From the NCBI GenBank assembly GCA_905178155.1, contig CAJINV010000015.1:1336513-1400512 (forward strand): a stretch of 64,000 bases of DNA. Reading direction: 5' to 3'. Source of the stretch: Amoebophrya sp. A120. Its lineage: Eukaryota > Protista > Dinoflagellata. This document shows, piece after piece, positions 46,401-58,400 of the stretch; within the stretch, counting starts at the first letter, position 1; each line of letters begins with the position of its first letter. Under the pieces are notes generated by a model that saw nothing but the letters and a program-made list of their open reading frames with translations, was not told where the DNA came from and searched no databases. The position numbers were made by a program, and so were the translations under genes.

Positions 46401-49400
46401 CAACGGAGAAGGGTCATTATTTCTACGACCGGACAGATATGACAGTGCACAACCCCCCCTCTCCCTCATTGGTCACACGAAGTCTCAAATTCAGCTGCTG
46501 CCTTGTAGCACTGCTTGCATTACAAATTTTGGAAGCACAAACAGTACTACAATCAGCGTATGAACTTGTTATGCACAGCATCCACGTGTGCTGGTGTTTG
46601 TCTTGCGGGTCATGCTACACATGTGAGGGGGAGGGGGAGTTGTGCACTCCCATTACAGAGACTCCCGAATCAGAAGGACCCGCTGCGCGAAAGGTTGAAA
46701 TCCCTTCCCACCTTCCGGGAGTGCTGCCGCCAGGTGGACCCTCTCCGGGAGCAGAAGCTGCAAAAACAAGCTAGTAATCCGGACGGGAAGCAGTCCGGTG
46801 GCGCGAGCGGACCACGGGCTTTGCCGGGTGAGAAACTGTTGGAGGACTTGGAGAAGCAGGACAAACCGACCAGCGACTTTTTGTTACCGGAGCAGGAGGA
46901 TGAGGATCCATCTCTCGCTACTTTCGACGCGGAAAAGCAGTCGGAGTGGACCCCACCGGTCAAGCCGAAGATCGATCCGCACGCGTCTACCGCTTCCGGC
47001 GGGGAGTCCAGTCCTTTCTCCGTTGGCACGTGGAAACGAGTCGGGCAGAAGTTGTGGTTTGCGAATCTCGCTTCTTCCCCCTCCTCTGGGGAAAAGAAAG
47101 ACGGCGATACGCCCCCGGGCGAGGGAGAGGTGGCCAACCCGATGGATTTTATGTCGGACTTCAGGGACAACTTGCCGCACGAGGGGGATTTATTCCGCAT
47201 GATCGAGGATGACAAGTACAAGCAAGCGCGAGACCGTGTCGATAGAGGAGCTACCATGACAAAGAAGGAAAGGCTGAAAAGGAAGGAGGAAATGGATGGC
47301 CCCCCGATCTCCGAGCGACAGCAGGAATTTCTCGCGGAATCCATCACGAGAGACAAGGAGATGCAGCGGCGCGCGAGGATTCTTCGTGGGAAGGCGAAGC
47401 ACGCGAAGCAGTCGTTTCAAGTGGTCCGCGCGGCGATGAAGCTAACCAAGTTAGCGGGGAAGAAGTGGGGGCAGAACAAACGGAACCCGTTATCCTGAGT
47501 AAAAATGTCCCCACTCCAGAGTCGTCATGCAAATCTGCATGCCAAAAAAGTTTCTCATGCGGAGCCCTATCAGAGCGATTTTCTATTCCTGTTTTGGAAT
47601 TTGTGATGCTAGAATCAGCATGATGTGCTACGTCTGTGATGCTTCGGAACTAGCTAAACAGGATTACTTACACTACGAGGATAAATTTGTCATGCGAAAC
47701 AGCCTGAGGTGGCTGATTTGTCTAGCGGATTTACCGTCTTGACTCTGGGCTGGGGACATTTTTACTCAGGATACCTGTGGGTGATTGATCCGGACATTTT
47801 TGGCCCCTCGAAGGACGTATCAAATGCAAAAATGTCTGGGTCTGGAAGATTGCGAGATTTGTCATGCTTGTCTGGCATGACCAAAAACTAAAAGTTTGTG
47901 ATGCGTGTCCAAGAAGAGACCCTTTTGCCTGTCATGCAAAAACGCAGTTTGTCATGCGAAAAACGCACCACAAAAAAGCGCAGATATTTCTCATGCTTGC
48001 CTGTGCATTACAGAGCATTCACTATTCCCAGCGCAGCATTACAAGTTTCCAGACCCAGACATTTTTGCAGTTGATAGGACGAGAGGGAGAACGAAACGGA
48101 AATCACTTTTTTCGAAGACATGGAACGAGAAGAGGATCTCCGACTGCAGAGACAAAGGGAAGACGAACAGGAAAGGGCGCGGGAAGCGGCGATGCTGGAG
48201 GAGCAGGAAAGACTAGAGCAAGAGCATTCCGACATGCAGTCGGTCGCCGACAGTTCCGCCGCCGCGAAGAAGAAAGCGAAGAAGCGGAAAACCTTGTCCG
48301 CGAAAATATGGCGTTCTCAAATGTTACACTCTCAAGTGTTACATGGATTTGTAATGCAAGAATAAGAAAAGTCAAAGGGGGGAGGTAGCACCTTTAGCAT
48401 TACAAATTCCGCACAGATTTGGGTGCAGTTTAGCCCTTTGCAAATTTGTCATGCAAAGAAGCTTGATCGTGTGGATCTTGATGGCAGTTCTGCATGGCAA
48501 ATTCATGTAACAGTTGACAATGTAACAGTTGAGAACGCCATAGAAAAAAGCGAAGACCGCGAAGGAGAACGAGCTGCTGGAGCGGAAGGACTACTTACTC
48601 CGCTGGTTGGAGAAGCACCACGGGAATCTAAGGGAGGCGAAGGAGGAATCCATCCAGAAGCGGCAGATATCAAAAGGAAAAATCCCCCCTCCCCATATCG
48701 AAAACGAAATTTGTGATGCTGTATTTGAGTACACAAATCGACTTGTAATGCTAGAAGGCCAAGAGACGCAGCTGTGGCCTCGTTTGCCGGCAATTTGTCA
48801 TGCTGTTTCCCACTTCCAGCTGTCCCCTGTCATGCTGAAGATGCAAGGCTTTCCCACGCCAACCAGCACTACAGTCCGCATCTTTTCCCTTCTAGCATGA
48901 CAAAGCTGATTTGTGACCACAAACCTGCATCGCAAATTTCTAGTTTGAGTATGGTTTGGGGGGATTTTTCATTTTGATAGCAGATCTTCTTGAACTACCA
49001 CTGGCTCGCGAGGTTGGCGATCAATTTTTACGCGTTGCAGTCGCTGCAGATGTTCATCATGCTGGTAATCACGTTTAACGTGATCATTTTATCACTCGAT
49101 ATGTGGCCGATGCCGGATCGGGGGACCAGCATTCTGCTAGACGACATGAACTACGTCTGCACGATCATCTTCCTCGTGGAGTTTGTCGCGGCGCATCTAG
49201 GACTCGGGTTTATCGCCTATTGGACCACACCGTCGCTGATATTTGACGGTATGGAGCTTCTATCCAATCTATCACAGAGTTGTTTGTTGTTTGTCATGCG
49301 GTAACTTGCAAACAGCATCAAGACAAAGACTGTCATGCACAAGCACAACTTCATGTTCATCATCTATGTGCAAAAACTTATCAGGCTTCATCGTCCTGGC

Positions 49401-52400
49401 CTCCGTCGCAGAGCTTGTCACCGCCGCGTCCGGTGGCGGATCGCAGCTCACCTCTCTCCGTGGTCTCCGGTTGCTACGTGTTTTCCGGTTGGCGAGAAAG
49501 TGGAAGTCGTTAGCTCTGCTCATGTGGTCGATGTACCGTTCGTTCATCCAGCTCGGGAACTTCACGCTCCTCCTCTGCCTCATGATCGCAGTGTTCGCTC
49601 TCATGGGTCAAACGTTCTTCGCCGCGACCTTAGTTTTCGATCCGGACACGGGGTATTGGCTGGAGGAATGCTCGGGGGTTGGGAATTGGTCCGACCCGGA
49701 GTGTGTCGAAGTTTGCCCGGAGATCAACGACTGCCGAGAACGGTTAAATTTCGACACTTTTCTCTGGGCGGTGACAACGATTTTGGTGATGCTAACGGGC
49801 GAAGATTGGCCGTCGATCATGTTCGCGGGCATGAAAACCAGCGGGCTGGCCACGATCTACTTCTTGCTGGTTGTGGGGGTCGGGTCGTTTTTGATTCTCA
49901 ACCTTTTCGTCGCGATTTTGATGTCTTCCTTCGAAGAGCAGTCGGAAAAGAATAGGACTTTAGTTGAGGCGTTGAAGATGCAGAAAATCGAGCAGGAGGG
50001 GGTCAGGATCGCAAAAGCGCAGAGGAAGCAGGCGATGGCCGGGTCTCCCTCGGAGCACCTGAAACTCATCTGGAACGCGTTGAACAAGCGGGAGATGCTG
50101 GCAATTTCGAACGAGATCGCATCCAGGGAGAACAGCAAGGAGATTGAGGATACCACCCCGCAGGACAGTCCGCAGGATGGTACCACGAACCCGAACTCTG
50201 TTCTCGCTAAGAAGAAGCAGCAAAAGGCCGCGCCTATCATGATCAGAGACGACTTGAACATTCTCCAGGCGAGTTTCATGTGGGTCTCCCTGGCGACGAA
50301 ACGAACCTCCGGCGCGATCGACAAGCGCGTGCAGAAGTTGCTGCGGCGGGTGAGGCGGAGATTCATGATTTTCAAAAGGATTTCATTAGGGTCAAAATCC
50401 TTCTTCATCTTCCCCTTCAAGGGGATCGATGAGATCATGATGCAGATCGAAAAAGTTCGGGAGGCGGACTCGTCGGAGTTGAAGAACATCATGAAGGAAC
50501 AGATGATGATTTCGCAGCATGAAATGGACGAAATGGAGAAGCTATGAAGTGCAAAAGTATTTGCATGCAGCAATCTGCATGACAAGACACGATGCTTTTC
50601 TGCATTTAGCATGGGAAGTTTCGTGTTCCTACCTACAGTGCAAGTCTGTCATGCAGTTCTGTGCAAAACAAAATGCTTTTGCAGTGCCATAACGGCTTCC
50701 GTGGTACAAGAAGTACTACAAAAAGTACCTGGCCTGGATTCCGGAAATGTTCAAGCGCGCGGAGAAGATCGAGTACGAAGACGACGAGCTGTATGGAAGC
50801 GTCAGAGTTGAAATCGTCAAAGTTGAAATAATTTGTAATGCATAAAATGCATGGCCCGAGGCACGTGCGTTGCAGAGCAGGCAAGTGAGGCCGATTGTAA
50901 GCCTGTTTGGGTTTACAGCTCGAGCTGCTAAAGTAGCAAGAGAAAATCACTCTTCTTTGCCTAAACAGCATGACAAACTGGATTTAGGGACCACCGAAAT
51001 TTGTCATGCGCCACTTAGAAACTGGGTTCCAACTGGCATCCATTTTATGCATGACAAATTATTTCAACTATGCATGACATCTGCGGTGAGGTGCCCTTAC
51101 AGGTTGTGTAGTGGTTTCGGTCGGTTTAGCATGACAAATTATTTCAACTTTGTCGATTTCAACTCTGACACATCCATAAGCTGTCCCTCGGTTCCACGGC
51201 TTCCAGCGAGCACCGCTCGCCCTTCACAAAAACGGATGTTAGCTTTCGAGAACGGATGCGGCGGGTGATGAAGCACCCGAAGTTCGACCAGGTGATCTTA
51301 CTTTGTATCGCGACGTATGCATTCGAAATATGTATAGGTCTGGAAGAATGCAAGTCTGTCATGCTTGGCCGACAAGACAGGAAAGTCTGTCATGCTTGGT
51401 GCGCTACAGTGCCACTTGTTTGTCATGCAAAAAGGCCATTTGTTTTTCGTAATGCGGTGCACGCTAGACATAGCCGCTCAGAAATTTGTCATGCGTGGCC
51501 CCCTAATACAGGCTGCGTATCATTAGGACATTAGCATCACAAGTTTTCAGACCCAGACATATTTGCAATGCATACGACGAGCTCCTTGCTGATGATCGTC
51601 AACACGCCGTTATCCGACCCGCGCGCAGAGCCGGAAAACACGTTTTACTTCGTGATGGACTGGTTTTTCGGCATCATCTTCACCGCGGAGATGTTCACAA
51701 AGATGATTGCGATGGGGGTTCTGGTGAACAACAACCCGGCGCTATCCAAGAAAAAAACTGTGTTAGTGTAAGTCTTTTGGGAAAACAGCATCACAAGTTT
51801 GTCTGCCGTGACAGGGAAAACTTATTATGCGCAGATAGGAAGGGAAAACACAAAGGAAGCCAGCCGATCGCGCATGTCGAGCATGATTAGTGTAACCGTT
51901 TTGCACTTTCTGCGTCACAGATTGACACTTACACAGTTTTTTTCTTGCATATGCGCCCGAGCAGTTTGCGGAGCTGCAGGAGGATTTGGAGAGACAGAAG
52001 TTAGAGGAGGAGGAGCGGCAGATAAAAGCGGAGGAAGACCGGATCAAAGAGGAGAAGGAGCGACAAAAAGAGCAGGAGAAATTCGAATCAGAACGCGCGA
52101 AGATGGACAAATCAAAAGTCGCTTCCGACGCAACGCTCGCCGCGGCTCGCGGGCAGGCGATTACGCCGATCGACACCTCCGGGAGTTCGCCGAGGACAAA
52201 TTCCCGGGAATCTAGTGGAAGCGCAGGGAGGATATCGAAAGGAAAAATCCCCCCTCCCCATATCAAAAACGAAACTTCTGATGCTGGATTTGTGTACACA
52301 AATCCGAGCTGTCTTACTGGACAGCACTGCAGGCCTAGGCCAAGTGTGAGTAGAGAGGTTTTGCGGCCTAGGCACTGAGGATGAAAAACATCCGCGCTGT

Positions 52401-55400
52401 AGGCCCAACAGCATGACAAACCGCCTGCAAAATGCGGCGGGGCCTGCGGAGTTGCCTTCTTGCAAGACAGACACGATTTGTGACCACAAATCAGCATCAG
52501 AAATTTCCGAATATATACCTTTTCAGAATGGGGAGGGGAGATTTTTCATTTTGATCGAGGAAGCCGGGTGGGTATGAAGCTGCGATCCGGGAGAAACAGG
52601 CAATTAACATTGCGGTCGGGAATCCAAACGTGCACGGGTCGGACAAGCTCGGGTTAGGGAAGGTCCCCATCCCCCATAGTGTGATTTCTGATTCAGACCT
52701 GCAGATCTCCGGCGGCTCGGGATCCGGCAGGTCTCCGGCGGCTCCAGCGTCGGGGTCGGACACGGTTGTAGCGGGGTTGAAGCCGAAAACCGTAGAAGCT
52801 GTTGTTCCGTCGAAAAACGGCAAAGTGGTTGCTCCGAACGCCGGGAAAAAGAAGAAAGGAGGCGGCGTGGAGGTCGACGACATGGAGGCGCAGATGGAAA
52901 ACGCGGGGAAGGGGGACGCAACTGCGGGTGAAGAGGAGCCACCCGCATCTGCCGGGAGCACCACGTCATCCCTCGCAGCAATTCTCTACGATACGGAGTA
53001 CCAGCAGCCCTACATGTCGGACCCGTGGAACATGCTCGATTTCATAGTCGTCTGTGTCGCGTGGATCGAGTTAACACAAGTCTTGGAGGGCGGTTCGTTT
53101 CTGAAAGTCCTCCGTCTGTTCCGTACCCTCCGGCCGTTGCGAATGATCAGCAGGAATCCGAACTTGAAATTAGTGGTCACAACTTTGTTCAAGTCCTTTC
53201 CGCAACTAGTGACTCTCTGCGTCTTCGGCGGTTTCATTCTATTGCTCTTCGGGGTTTTTGCCACTTCTTATCTCAAAGGCGCTCTGTCCGAGTGCAAGGG
53301 CGAGGACGGTGCGGATCCCATGGAGTTCTATAACTCCACGTGCCGGGACGAGTTTTGCAACGATCAGAGGCTCGGTTTCTGCGTCGACACGTACAATTAC
53401 GATTTTGTCACGTACGCGACCTACGCGGAGATCGAAGCAGACGATCCGTATTTACACTTGAAGTACTCCCTTTTCCCAAACAGCACCGCGTCGGCCGCCG
53501 CGGCGCCGTCAGAACTTTCGTTAGTCGATTTCCGGTCCGACGCAAATTACTGGTCGAGTAATCGCATGTGCTACGAGCAACTACGGTACAGCTTCTTCGA
53601 GCCGAAATCGGAGTTGACCTCAACCGTCACATCTACCGTCCCGCAGAACAACCAGCCGGCGATTACGACGTTACAAACCGCGGATCTGCTGTACCAGCCC
53701 GACGACCCAACAAGTAAAGCGTACCAGCCGACAACGTATAACGAGTCTTACTGGCAACTCACCTACCCCGACCCGGCGATCAGGGAAACCAGGATCCGCG
53801 AAGAGATACAAAGAAGGTACCGGCCGCAGTTGCGCGGGAGTAAAGATACACCGCTATGTATCGCAAGGAAAAATCCCCCCTCCCCATATTGAAGAGGTAG
53901 GTTTTCGAAAATTTGTGTTGCTGATTTGAGGTCACAAATCACGTGTGTGTTGCAAGAAGACAAGGGCAGCAGCTTCCGTCCCATTATGGAGCCGGTTTGT
54001 CATGCTGTTGAGCCAACATCGCGGACGCTTTTCATGCTAAGCGCCTAAGTCAAAGCCTCCACACTCAGGCTTGATATGGGTCTGCAGTCCTCTCCAGCAA
54101 GACAAATGCGATTTGTGTACTCAAATACAGCAACACAAATTTCGCTTTCGATATGGGGAGGGGGGATTTTTCCTTTCAATACTATGTGTCGTGAATTGTG
54201 CGGAAGTCGGGAACAGCCACCCGTTTTGCGTGGCGTCGGAGGTTATCAAATGTAAAAGTGTCTGGGTCTGGAAGAATGCAACTTGTCATGCTAGATCTGA
54301 AGCATGCAAAAATCTGTGTTGCATGATTACCAAAAGTCGTCCAGTTTTGACCAAGTCGCGAGGAAGTTGCTCGTGCAGGATAGGCATGAGAGAGATCGCG
54401 CAGAATCTGTCATGCTGGGTCCTGCATTCCAGACCTCATGGGTCATGGGAAAGCTGCATGACAAATCGCGCACTCTTCCATACCCAGACATTTTCACATT
54501 TGATAGAGGTGAAGCAGGACGAACAAACCGGTGTGTGGTCGTTTGATCAAAACATCTGGGGGCACCGGGTGATCCCGTGTACCAGCTGCTACACGAATTT
54601 CTGCGAGAACACCGGGGTCGAAACCGAATCGGAAGAGCACTGCAAGTACCAGTGCGACGGGCCGAGCCAGTACAATTTGTACTGTACCGACGGGGCGTGT
54701 GACGACCCGAATTCCGCACAGTGTTTGACGTGTAAGAACGAATGTATAGCGCAGTGTAAGTGCCCACAGGTGTGCTTACCACATCTAAAAGACGCGACAA
54801 GCTGCATCTTGGCGAAGGGCAGGTGGTGGAGAGTGGTGCCCGGGATATCAAGTGTAAAAATGTCTGGGTCTGGAAAAATGCCAGACTTGTCATGCGGATT
54901 TTACATGACCCATGATGCCTGTAATGGATAACCTGGCATCACAGATTCGTAGCGGGCTTTCTGATGCCTATCCCGCATGAGAAATGCCCTCCCCATGTAG
55001 CACAAACTGGACCCCTCTTGCTGATCATGCAATACAGATTTTTTTAGAATGCAGAGACAGCATCACAAGTTGCAATCTTCCAGACCCAGACATTTTTACA
55101 TTTGATACGTGATGGGGTTTGACAACATTTTGAAAGCGGCGTTCACGTTGTATCAAAAGGAAAAATCCCCCCTCCCCATATCAAAACTGAAATCTGTGAT
55201 GCAGATTTGTTGTCACAAATCAGCTTTGTCATGCTACACGGGAAAAGATGCGGACTGTAGTGCTGGGTGGCGTGGGGGAGCCTTGCATCTTCAGCATGAT
55301 AGGAGGCAGCTGAGAGTGGGAAACAGCATGACAAATTGCCTGCAAACGAGACCACGACTGCGGCTCTTGGCCTTCTAGCATGACAAGTCGATTTGGTACC

Positions 55401-58400
55401 TCAAATCCTGCATCACAGATTTCCATTTCGATATGGGGAGGGGGGATTTTTCCGTTTGATACGTTGTTCCAAGTGATCACAACGGAGGGGTGGGTCGTGA
55501 TTATGCTGGCGGTGGTCGACCAGGACGGCATCTACGCGGACCCGATTCGGGACAACATCGAGCTGTGGGTTACCCCGAGTACAAACGTCCCCCCCCCCCC
55601 CCCCGAGTCAAGATGGGAAATCTGCTAGACAAATCCATGAAGCTTTGGTTGTTTCGCATGACAGGTTTGGGCTCGTAGTGTATTTCCGTTAAGCTACGGC
55701 AGCAGCATCACAGATCTAGCATCTTATGCTCATTGGAGCAACACAAATTCCACAACACAACTAGAAAATTGTTTCTCATGGAGCTCCGCATGAGAAACGT
55801 TTTAGGCGTGCAGATTCGCATGACAAATCTGGGGTGGGGACGTTTTTACGGAGGATCTAGGTCATCTTCTTCTGGATCTACTCCTTGGTCGGGTACTTTT
55901 TCCTTATCAATTGCAAATATGTCTGGGTCTGGAAGGTTGCAGCTTGTGATGCTGCTCTTGGATTCTAAAAGACTTTGTATTGCATGACTAGCAAGAGGGG
56001 GCGGGTTTGTGCTATTTGGAGAGGGCATTTCTCGTCATGCGGTAGAGGTATCACAAAGCCTTCTGAAAATCTGTGATGCTACGGCATGCATCACAGACAT
56101 CATGGCTCATGGAAAATATGCATGACAAATCTAGAAATCTTCCAGACCCAGACATTTTTGCTTTTGATGTTCCTCGCGAACGTCGTAATTGGCGTGATTA
56201 TTGACAACTTCAACCAGATGAAACGCGACGCGGAAGCAGACACATCAGAACAAAAGGTTCTCTCCGAGGCGCAGCAGCGGTGGGTGCAGTGCCAGAAGGT
56301 TTTCTACGCGACCAGGAGTTTCTTTCTGATCACCAACGTGGAGTCACTACCAGCCGGGCAACGAGGGTTGTTCTTCTTCGTCGCGTCGAAAAAGTTCGAG
56401 TCTTTCATTATGTCCTGTATTGTGCTCAACATCTTCGCGATGGCGTTCCGCGTGCACCCAGAGCCGACGAACAAGAATACTCTAGCGTACGACTTGCACA
56501 TCGTGATCGAGCCGATCAATTTGTTCTGTTTGATCGTCTTCAACGTGGAGTTTATTTTGAAGTTAATCGCGTACAGGACGGGGTATTTCTCCGATATGTG
56601 GAACAAATTCGATTTTTCCTGTGTGGTCTCGTCCAACATCGGGTACATATTGGAACTCCTCAACGTCGGCGACACCGGCTCCCTCTCCATCATCCGCATG
56701 TTCAGGATCATCCGGTTGTTCCGCCTAGTCCGCTTCTTATCCGGTCTGAACCAGCTCTCCGGTGCGTTTCTACTTTCCATCCCCAAGTTGGGGAACGTTT
56801 CCGCCATTTTGGGGTTGGTTTTGCTCATCTTCGCGTTGCTAGGGATGAACCTTTTTTCCCCGTTCTTGATGTTGGACTCCTTCTATCAAATGTAAAAATG
56901 TCTGGGTCTGGAAGAATCCGAAGTTTGTTATGCTGCTTTTGCATGACACAGAACGTCGGTCATGGAAGCCCTAGCATCACAGATTTTTAGAGGCCTTCCT
57001 GATGCCTATTCCGCATGACAAATGCCCTCCACGCGTAGCACAAACCGGACTCCTCTTGCTGGTCATGCAACACAGAATTTTTTAGAGTCCAAAGTTGGCA
57101 TCACAAGTTCCAACCTTCCAGACCCAGACATTTTTGCAATCCATACCTTCGCTGCGTACGGCCCGTCTGCGAATTTTCTCACTTTCTGGGACAGCATGCT
57201 AACGTTACTGCGGTGCATGACGGGCGAAGCGTGGAACAGTATCATGGCGGATTTGGCTATCCACAGTAAATCTACCGTGCGCGTACAAATGCTGTTTCCG
57301 CATGACAAAACTCGCATTCAATCTTAGTCAGCATGACAAGTTGGACACTCCAACTTAGGGAAATTTGTCATGCATTTTGTACATGTACGGAAAATTTGTA
57401 TTGCATATTAGCAACCGAACAGTTCGAAACGCAGTCGGTGCTGAACCAGCCGTGCGTGCAGGAGATGGCAATTACGAAGGACAATTTTTCCTTCCTCAAC
57501 GCCGAGGGGTATTTGGAAAAACCGATCCAGTGCGGCAACACCGAAACGGCGTACGTGTTTTTCGTCATGTTCATCGTCTTTGTCTTCTTCATTGTTTTGA
57601 ACCTGTTCATCGCGGTGATTTTCGAGGGCTTCGAGGAGTCCCGGCAGCTGCAAGTCGGGAACATTTTGCAACTCGCAATGGACCTGTGGTCGGAATACGA
57701 TCCGAAGTACGAATATCCACAGGAAATTTATTCCCGTACACGTACGAAAGCAGTCTCTGCATGACAAAACTTGCCTTCAATCCTAGTCCAGCATAACAAG
57801 TTGGACTCTGCAACAAGGTAGCGAAGTTTGCCATGCATTTTGTACATCATGTGCAGGAAATTTACATTGCATAACGAGCTGATTCTACCGGTGGATCACG
57901 CAATCACGTTCGTCGGGGAGGTTTTGGAAAAATCCGGGTTAGATACGGACGAGGACAGTATTCTGATTCAAAACGTCCCCACCCCAGAGTTGTCATGCCA
58001 ATCTGCATGCCAAAAAATTTTCCCATGCGGAGCCACATGAGAGCCATTTTCTCGTCGTGTTTTGGAATTTGTGATGCTGGAATCAGCATGATGCCCTAGA
58101 TCTGTGATGCTTCGGAACTAGCTAAACAGGATTACACTACGAGGACAAACTTGTCATGCGAAACAACCAAAGGTGGCTGATTTGTCTAGCGGATTCCCAT
58201 CTTGACTTTGGTGTGGGGACGTTTTTACTCAGGATAGACAGCAACTTAACCCTAGCGGAACGCCGCGTGAAGATGATGCGGTCCTACGCGCTATCCTATG
58301 TAAAAACGATCCCACCCCAGAGTTGTCATGCAAATCTGCATGTTAAAACTGCTTCTCATGCGGAGCCCCATGAGAGGCATTTTTTATTCGTGTTTCGCAA

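Noticed and set aside
40497-57700. Voltage-gated sodium channel
   Set aside because: All four pore loops carry Glu (EEEE), not DEKA/DEEA.
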